Origin: a bacterium
GTDB lineage: Bacteria > Patescibacteriota > Minisyncoccia > Phycocordibacterales > UBA2100
Assembly: GCA_030647655.1 (NCBI GenBank)
Contig: JAUSJH010000003.1
Span: forward strand, 11,013 to 75,012
DNA length: 64,000 nt
Direction: 5' to 3'
Below, piece after piece: positions 57,417 through 64,000 of this stretch. Position 1 is the stretch's first letter; each line of letters begins with the position of its first letter. The notes under the pieces were generated by a model. The model was given only the letters and a program-made list of their open reading frames with translations. It was not told where the DNA came from and made no database searches. The position numbers and the translations under genes were made by a program.

Positions 57417-57842
57417 ATGAAAACGATAGAGAAGCAGCTGATAGTGAAAAAATCGCGCCCCGGCTTGGGGCAAGGGCTCTTTGCCGCTGTGCCGATGGTC
57501 GCGGGCGACTTTGTTGCCGAGTATGCGGGCCCGCGCATACCCACATCACTCGCTGACACGCTAAAGAATCGATATCTGTTTGAGGTAGACGATACGTGGA
57601 CGATCGATGGCTCATCTCCGAACAATGTCGCTCGTCACATCAATCACTCCTGTGTGCCAAACTGTGAAGCCAAGCTTCAGAATGGTAGCGTGTTCGTGTA
57701 CGCAGCACGGGATATTGAGCGGGGAGAAGAGCTTACGATGGATTACGGCTCCGAGTATTTCGACGAATTCATCCGGCCGCAGGGCTGTAAGTGTTCGCGA
57801 TGCGGACGACCCACTACCCGCGCGCAGCGCGTAGTGAATTGA
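57417..57842 (+). CDS. SET-domain protein methyltransferase
   Basis: GQGLFA, EY.G, ARHINHSC.PN, GEELT.DYG, post-SET CKCSRC. Confidence 0.92.
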   Translation: MKTIEKQLIVKKSRPGLGQGLFAAVPMVAGDFVAEYAGPRIPTSLADTLKNRYLFEVDDTWTIDGSSPNNVARHINHSCVPNCEAKLQNGSVFVYAARDIERGEELTMDYGSEYFDEFIRPQGCKCSRCGRPTTRAQRVVN

Positions 57843-59586
57843 GGATGACCACTACGTCGATGACCTCTTGAGTAAGGGCGCCCCATACGGGGGGGATAAA
57901 GCCGAGCGCCGCGATCGCCATGCCGATGACAGAGAACGCAACGCCGCCCCAAATACTTTGCGCGGCAACCCGCATCGCGCGCCGCGCGGTATCGAAAAGT
58001 TCGACGATGAGCATCACATCACGCCCGAGAATGACCGCGTCGGCAGCCTCTATGGCGGCGCTGTTTTCAGTACCGGAAAAGACGATGCCCACCTGTGCCT
58101 CGGCGAGCGCTGGAGCATCGTTCAATCCGTCGCCGACCATGGCGACCACAATATTGCGCTTTTTCATTTCATCGATCGCGGCAAATTTTGTCTCTGGCGT
58201 TTGATCGGCGCGGATGGGGATGCCAAAATGCCCGAACAGGCGTTCCGCATTCTCTGACTTATCACCCGTCAATATTTCCATTTTGACACCCTCCTTATGC
58301 AGTGATCGGAAAAGCGCAGAAACATTGTTTTTTATTTCATCTTCGAACCGCAGGCTGGCAATCTCGCGATCGTTCTCGAGCAGTGAGAGTATAATGCCGC
58401 CCGTAGCATGCACCGGGCTCTTTGTAATTGTGAAACGACTACCTGACACATCGCCCGCGATGCCTCTCCCGATGGTTTCGACGACATTCTTAGCTTCGAG
58501 GAGGGGCGCATTCCGTGCCGTGCGGGCGGTCAAGGTGGCTCGCGCGAGCGGATGGATAGAATGGAATTCTATGGCAGCGGCGATAGAAAGAATTTCAGTT
58601 TCAGAGCGGCGGGTATCGTGTGCCTCGATTGCGGAGAGCCGCGGTTCTCCAAGCGTCAGTGTCCCGGTCTTGTCGAAGAATACAACGCCGACGTGGGAGA
58701 GTTCTTCGAGGGTCGCGGGGCGCTTTACGATGATGTTCTTTCGCGCGGCCCGTGAGAGTCCGCCGATGAAAGCGACCGGCGCGGCGATAATCAATGGGCA
58801 CGGTGTTGCGATGACCAAGACGGCAAGTGCGCGGGAAATTTCGCCTGTGAGGGCGTACGCTCCACCAGCGAGAAGAAGTGTGATTGCGGTAAAGGGGAAG
58901 TTGACACGCTCGGCAAGCCGGACGACCGGAGCCTGATGTTTTTTCGCTTCGTCCACGAGGTGGACAATACGCATATATGTTGACGTCTCGAATCCTCCCT
59001 CGACGGATACTTCGATAGTCTCACCGACGTTTACGTTCCCGCTCTTTATGAACGTGCCGCGGGAGAACGTTATGGGGAGCGGCTCACCGGTTAGATTGGC
59101 TTCGTTCAAAAGAGCCTCCGAAGACCGTAGCGTGCCGTCAAGTGGGACGAGCTCATTCGGCCGAATAATTATTACCTCACCCTCTCGCACATCCTGTATT
59201 GGCTTCTGAATCGTTGAACCGTCCGACATTCGCACGAGACAAGATTTTGGGATCCGCTCGGCAAGTCCGCGTAGTGCGCTCTCGGCGCGCGCCGAGGCGT
59301 ATTCGTCTAGGCTTTCGCCACCCGTTATCATGAGCGCAACGACGGCACCGGCAAGATATTGGTCGGCGAAGAGAGAGACGACCATCGCGAGGAACGCTAT
59401 GTAATCAAGCGAGTACGCACCTCGGCGTATCTTTCCAAACGAGTCCCATACGATCTTCCCAAGACCAATGAAGATGCCCACTGCCCAGAGATATCCGCTG
59501 AAGGGGGAAGTCGATAGAGCCCCAAGCACGAGACATAGAAACACGACTATTGGCATACGGAACTCAGGGCGAAACATTCTTCGCAT
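57814..59586 (-). CDS. Heavy-metal-translocating P1B-type ATPase
   Basis: LTGE, ATPCPL, DKTGTLT, HPLA, MVGDGLNDAPAL. Confidence 0.93.
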   Translation of the reverse strand: MRRMFRPEFRMPIVVFLCLVLGALSTSPFSGYLWAVGIFIGLGKIVWDSFGKIRRGAYSLDYIAFLAMVVSLFADQYLAGAVVALMITGGESLDEYASARAESALRGLAERIPKSCLVRMSDGSTIQKPIQDVREGEVIIIRPNELVPLDGTLRSSEALLNEANLTGEPLPITFSRGTFIKSGNVNVGETIEVSVEGGFETSTYMRIVHLVDEAKKHQAPVVRLAERVNFPFTAITLLLAGGAYALTGEISRALAVLVIATPCPLIIAAPVAFIGGLSRAARKNIIVKRPATLEELSHVGVVFFDKTGTLTLGEPRLSAIEAHDTRRSETEILSIAAAIEFHSIHPLARATLTARTARNAPLLEAKNVVETIGRGIAGDVSGSRFTITKSPVHATGGIILSLLENDREIASLRFEDEIKNNVSALFRSLHKEGVKMEILTGDKSENAERLFGHFGIPIRADQTPETKFAAIDEMKKRNIVVAMVGDGLNDAPALAEAQVGIVFSGTENSAAIEAADAVILGRDVMLIVELFDTARRAMRVAAQSIWGGVAFSVIGMAIAALGFIPPVWGALTQEVIDVVVILNSLRAARG

Positions 59587-59687
59587 TCCGGCATTGTATC
59601 AGTTCTTACTTCATCACGGACCGTTTATGATATACTGCAAGGCCGCGTTTTAATGGACGATTACACGGCATAATTTCGCAAAATCAC

Positions 59688-60065
59688 ATGAAAAAGGGAG
59701 TGCTTATTTTCTGGCTAATCATCGTAGTGCTTATCGTCGTTGGCGTCGGGGCATCGGTCTTTGTGAAAGAGAAGCCGGGGCAACTCGACACCTTCGCGCA
59801 ATGCCTCAAAGACAAAGGCGCCATATTTTATGGCGCGTTCTGGTGTCCGCATTGCCAAGCAACCAAGGCGATGTTCGGTGGCTCAGCGCGGCTACTGCCG
59901 TATGTCGAATGTTCGACTCCAAACGGGCAGGGTCAGTTGCAGATATGTAAAGACAAAAGCGTACAACAGTATCCGACGTGGACATTCGCGAACTCGACGA
60001 CGACATTGACGGGCGAGCGTACGTTGCAGGAATTGTCGCAGGCAAGCGGGTGTCCATTGCCGTAG
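59688..60065 (+). CDS. Membrane-anchored thioredoxin-like protein
   Basis: FA.CL...G..FYGAFWCPHC...K..FG, YVEC, YPTW. Confidence 0.85.
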   Translation: MKKGVLIFWLIIVVLIVVGVGASVFVKEKPGQLDTFAQCLKDKGAIFYGAFWCPHCQATKAMFGGSARLLPYVECSTPNGQGQLQICKDKSVQQYPTWTFANSTTTLTGERTLQELSQASGCPLP

Positions 60066-60070
60066 TCAAC

Positions 60071-60601
60071 ATGTCGCTTGAAACGCTAAATTACGTACTT
60101 GCGCTCGGCATACTCGCGATGCAGATAGCTGGCGCTGGATTCCTCGCGCTTTTCTTTCTGCGTGGGAAATTCCCTGATCTTGAAGATGCCGGCCGATTTT
60201 TGGCAGATTGGGGACTTTGGATAGGATTTCTTCTTACGCTCGCGGGCGCGGGGCTCACATTGTATTATTCGGAGGTTTTAGGTTTTGTCCCCTGCGGATG
60301 GTGTTGGGTGCAACGGGTATTCCTCTGGCCGCAGGTAGTCCTCTTCGCTCTCGCTTTGTATAAGCGTGACCGTGCCGTCGCTGATTATTCAATCGCGTTT
60401 TCTATCTTCGGAGGTGCGGCTGCACTATACCAACACTATCTACAAATGGGAGGACACTCTGTCATACCATGCCCCGCCTCGGGCGCAGGCGATTGTGCCC
60501 AACGTTTCCTCTTCGAATTCGGCTACATCACATTTCCCCTCATGGCCGCGACAATCTTCGGATTCTTGATCGTGCTTATGCTTTTCGTCCGTCGGCGTTA
60601 G
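60071..60601 (+). CDS. Disulfide bond formation protein DsbB/BdbC family
   Basis: LYYSE..GF.PC..CW.QR, second Cys pair, FGYIT.P.MA. Confidence 0.9.
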   Translation: MSLETLNYVLALGILAMQIAGAGFLALFFLRGKFPDLEDAGRFLADWGLWIGFLLTLAGAGLTLYYSEVLGFVPCGWCWVQRVFLWPQVVLFALALYKRDRAVADYSIAFSIFGGAAALYQHYLQMGGHSVIPCPASGAGDCAQRFLFEFGYITFPLMAATIFGFLIVLMLFVRRR

Positions 60602-60645
60602 TCCAACTTACAGTACAGACTCGACCCAGTGCCGTTTAAAGTCAG

Positions 60646-60678
60646 TTATCCACAGCTTTATCCCCTCGGTTATCCACC
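60646..60678 (+). promoter_or_regulatory. Three tandem DnaA-box-like sites
   Basis: TTATCCACA (60646), TTATCCCCT (60658), TTATCCACC (60670), 12-bp period. Confidence 0.6.
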
Positions 60679-61156
60679 CCATTTTACGGTCTTTTTGGGG
60701 CAAAATGTCAAATCTTTTGAGGCAAACTTTGATCTTAGGGCGGTACTGTTTTCAGAAGAAAAGATAGATACAGTAACGAAGTGTCGTCGTCTGGCGCGAT
60801 GTCATTTTGGTTCTAAAGGACAAGGCAGGAATTGAGACTGTCCGATAGGAATGCTTTTTGCTAAAGAACATATTGGAGTACCGAATTGTCCATTACGAAT
60901 GTCCTATAAGACATCAGGTAAGAGACATGAGATTTTTTCTGTAAATACTGGAAAGGGGAGCGTGCGGGATGTCAATGCGGACGTTTTATCATAATCGAAA
61001 ATGTTCTCGAGTAATTTCAAGAATGGACGAGAGTGAAGGTGTTATCCGTTGTCCACGGAACTTCATGTTGACCGCATGTGGAGCGTGATACCGTAGAAGC
61101 AGAAAAAGCTCTCTCATAACTTACCCATTTACTAGGATTCACAAATTTTAGAGCTT

Positions 61157-63673
61157 ATGACGTTGACATTAAAGAAAATGTCGGCTGTAGCGGCGATAAT
61201 CGCAGTTTCGCTTCTCGCGGCCAGCATTGTTTTCTTGGGAAACCAGCGTCTTGCTCAAGCCTTAGGTCCAATTAGCCCAATAGGTTCGATAAGTCCGGTA
61301 GGCCTGCCGTTCTCGGATCCGCCGACCGGTAGCCAAATTCTTTGTTATCTTAACCAGCTTGAAGAAGTGAACGGTTTTCCGGTATTACACCCACCACTTC
61401 CCATGTTCGACGTGGGTGAGTGCGCAGGGCCTGCCGTGACAGAATGCTCGAACGGAGATGATGACGATGATGATGGTCTTACCGATGCAGAAGATCCAGC
61501 GTGTCACACGGATGGCAACGCGGGCAATTCGAGCACGTACGACGGTTCTCTCGACGATGAATCTTTGTTCGTCGCGGAGTGCAGGGACGGGCTCGACAAC
61601 GATGATGACGGACATATCGACTTCCCCGATGATCCCGGATGCACGAATGCGAACGATAACTCCGAATCACCGGATCCTTCTCCCGCTCCTGAAAACACAC
61701 TCGCGCTGTGTTCTGATGGAATTGATAATGACGGAGATGGGCTAATCGATCTCGCCGATCCGGATTGTACAGCTTTTAAGCCAAAACTGGTTGTCGTGAA
61801 GACGGTGATCAACGATAACAGTGGCACGAGCACGGTCTCTGATTTCTCTCTCTACATCGGAACAACGACGTCCGCGACAACGTCGGTCATTTCTGGCGCA
61901 ACAACAACTGTCGCGGTGGACTCATGGAAAGTAGGGGAAATTCAAAGATCTGGCTACACAGCGACTTTCGGCGGTGACTGTAATTCGGTCGGAGAGGTAT
62001 CGCTCTCAGTAGGGCAAACTAAGACATGCAGAATCACGAACAATGATGTGGCGCCGGGGGCGCTCGCGTGTGCCGATGGCATAGATAACGACGGCGACGG
62101 ACTCATAGACATGATTGATCCGGGCTGCACATCTGCGCTCGATAATGATGAAACAAACACGTCGGGTGGCGGAGGTGGCGGAGGTGGTGGCGGAGGGACG
62201 ACCGGCACGTTGGTCGTCAAAAAAGTGTTCAGTAGCGGGACCACGACCCCGAGCGAGTTTGCGTTTACGCTAAATGGCGCCGCAACCACGACGTTTGAGG
62301 GCGACGGACAAAATGACCTTACCGTCGCGGCAGGTACATACACCGTTCTTGAAATAGCTACGAGCACCTACACGGCGAGCTATCAAAATTGCGGAGCCGT
62401 CGCGGTAAGTGTTGGGTCTACGACGACATGCACCATCACGAATACCCTAGTCGCCACTTCGTCCACGATGGGCACACTTGTCGTGAAAAAAGTCTTTGGG
62501 AACGGAACGACAACCCCGACGCTCTTCTCATTCTCTCTGAACGGCACTGCGACAACGACGTTTGACGCCGACGGACAGAATGATCTTCTCGTCGCGACCG
62601 GCACGTACTCGGTGCTTGAGGTCGCGAGCTCGACATACAATGCAAGTCACAATAATTGCTCCGGTGTGTTGGTAGCTGCAGGAACGACAACCACCTGCGT
62701 CATCACCAACACGCTTGCAACGAGTACGGCCGCGTGCGCCGACGGGGTGGACAATGATGGCGACGGCAAAATTGATTCGGCGGATGACGGATGTCACATC
62801 GGAAACAATCCGAACATGCCATATGATCCCAGCGATAACAATGAATCCAATCCGGTCTACTCCGACGCGCCTGGAGGCGGCGGCGGAGGGGGTGGCGGCG
62901 GAGGAGGCGGCCCGCCCGTCGGCTACATCGGCACAAGTGGTATCCCTTCGGGCTCGAGCGGTGTCGGAGGTGGAGGGGGAAGCCCGAGTACAGGCAGCGG
63001 TGGCCAGGTCTTAGGAACTTCAACGTCAGCGCCCGCGTCGTGCGATGCCTATCTGACAGCATTCATTAAATCGGGCCAGAACAACAATCCAGAGCAGGTG
63101 CGGCGGCTCCAGACTGTGTTGCGTGATTTTGAAGGCGCCAAGGTCGTTGTAAACGGCGTATACGACGGTGCCACATTGGCGGCCGTGCACGCATTCCAGA
63201 AAAAATACGCACCAGTGATTCTCGCACCATGGGGCATCACAGAATCCACGGGATACGTGTATCTCACCACGCGCAAGAAAGTGAACGAGATATATTGCCG
63301 CGGTACCAAGCAGTTCCCGCTCACTACGGGGGAATTGCAAATCATAAAAAGCTCGCTCAACTCACAAATGAGAGCTTCGAGTCCCGCGTATCTCACACCA
63401 AGTTCAAGTTCCGCGTATCTCACACCAAAACCGACTACCATTACGAGTCAGGCATCGTCTTCATTTTCGTCGTCAAGCATCGTCTCGCAAGTGGGAGGAG
63501 GTGTCTCCACGTCAAGCACATGGAACACATCACAGGGCTCGAGTCTCACTGCCAGCACCTCGGACCGAGCGGGGCCTGACAACAGGACGTGGCTATTGCT
63601 TGCCTTGCTGGTACTTGCCGCGGCTGGCGCGGGATGGTACTTCTGGTCTCGTCCTCCTGTGCCTTTAGGCTGA
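61157..63673 (+). CDS. Surface protein with Cys/Asp-rich (putative Ca-binding) repeats, prealbumin-like folds, Gly linkers, PG-binding-like domain and C-terminal TM
   Basis: Five C..G.D.D.DG..D..D..C repeats; three LVV.K...TC.ITN domains; EQVRRLQ..L......VNGVYD..T.AAV.AFQ; terminal TM. Confidence 0.85.
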   Translation: MTLTLKKMSAVAAIIAVSLLAASIVFLGNQRLAQALGPISPIGSISPVGLPFSDPPTGSQILCYLNQLEEVNGFPVLHPPLPMFDVGECAGPAVTECSNGDDDDDDGLTDAEDPACHTDGNAGNSSTYDGSLDDESLFVAECRDGLDNDDDGHIDFPDDPGCTNANDNSESPDPSPAPENTLALCSDGIDNDGDGLIDLADPDCTAFKPKLVVVKTVINDNSGTSTVSDFSLYIGTTTSATTSVISGATTTVAVDSWKVGEIQRSGYTATFGGDCNSVGEVSLSVGQTKTCRITNNDVAPGALACADGIDNDGDGLIDMIDPGCTSALDNDETNTSGGGGGGGGGGGTTGTLVVKKVFSSGTTTPSEFAFTLNGAATTTFEGDGQNDLTVAAGTYTVLEIATSTYTASYQNCGAVAVSVGSTTTCTITNTLVATSSTMGTLVVKKVFGNGTTTPTLFSFSLNGTATTTFDADGQNDLLVATGTYSVLEVASSTYNASHNNCSGVLVAAGTTTTCVITNTLATSTAACADGVDNDGDGKIDSADDGCHIGNNPNMPYDPSDNNESNPVYSDAPGGGGGGGGGGGGGPPVGYIGTSGIPSGSSGVGGGGGSPSTGSGGQVLGTSTSAPASCDAYLTAFIKSGQNNNPEQVRRLQTVLRDFEGAKVVVNGVYDGATLAAVHAFQKKYAPVILAPWGITESTGYVYLTTRKKVNEIYCRGTKQFPLTTGELQIIKSSLNSQMRASSPAYLTPSSSSAYLTPKPTTITSQASSSFSSSSIVSQVGGGVSTSSTWNTSQGSSLTASTSDRAGPDNRTWLLLALLVLAAAGAGWYFWSRPPVPLG

Positions 63674-63763
63674 TATTTCCTGACTTGTTTAGCTATTCTT
63701 GTACGATACCGGCAGGTAGTTGACGTTTGCTCACTATATCCTTCATATATGAAGGAGCGTTGA

Positions 63764-63800
63764 CCCCGTGAGATAGGCGTAGCGCCGCCATCTCATGGGG
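63764..63800. mobile_element. 37-bp MITE-like palindrome with 4-bp flanking direct repeat (TTGA)
   Basis: TTGA|CCCCGTGAGAT-aggcgtagcgccgcc-ATCTCATGGGG|TTGA. Confidence 0.65.
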
Positions 63801-63885
63801 TTGACAGTGGGGGGCGCAGGTATATCTTGTGTGGCGGTCTGCTCTCTCCCATATTTTATTGTTTCTAGTAATTCTCCAAAAACCT

Positions 63886-64000
63886 ATGACGTTGACACAT
63901 CAAAAGGTGTCGGCGGCAAGAGCGATGCTCATTCTTTCGTTTCTTGCGGCCAGCATCCTTTTCTTTGGAAACCAGCGTCTAGCTCATGCAGATGTACCAC
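63886..64000 (+). CDS. Secreted protein, 3'-truncated; signal peptide paralogous to 61157..63673
   Basis: MTLTHQKVSAARAMLILSFLAASILFFGNQRLAHADVP vs MTLTLKKMSAVAAIIAVSLLAASIVFLGNQRLAQA. Confidence 0.8.
   Translation, partial: MTLTHQKVSAARAMLILSFLAASILFFGNQRLAHADVP

Noticed and set aside
1-64000. CRISPR array, rRNA, integrase/transposase or prophage
   Set aside because: No regularly spaced repeat-spacer array, rRNA signature or recognisable recombinase or phage structural gene was seen.
1-64000. UGA recoding (genetic code 25)
   Set aside because: Conserved genes are uninterrupted in code 11, and several (aroQ, htpX, murF-like, deacetylase) end naturally at TGA.

Overview
Gene-dense window whose content and style point to a Patescibacteria/CPR (Parcubacteria-like) chromosome. 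This is inferred from the mostly leaderless genes, sparse metabolism and many surface or membrane proteins. It uses the standard genetic code and is mostly + strand. Housekeeping genes include typA, msrB, glmS, metK (with a SAM-I riboswitch), maf, yvcK-like, nth, a murF-like ligase, rnj, secG, groES/groEL, lemA, htpX, murJ, lepA and hisS. RNA genes are RNase P RNA and tRNA-Ser/Gly/Arg/Phe. There are several large secreted proteins, one about 2000 aa. The most striking signal is a set of very small palindromic insertion elements. (1) A lone GIY-YIG nuclease gene is bounded by CCCCG...CGGGG inverted repeats and a 4-bp direct repeat, and sits between a promoter and its start codon. (2) A 37-bp gene-less element at 63.8 kb has the same end/direct-repeat design. 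(3) A 21-bp palindrome is inserted in frame in hisS. (4) Two copies of a covarying ~90-nt multi-hairpin element are present. (5) Related hairpins lie beside tRNAs. No CRISPR array, rRNA, integrase or transposase was recognised. All family calls come from motif recognition, not database searches.
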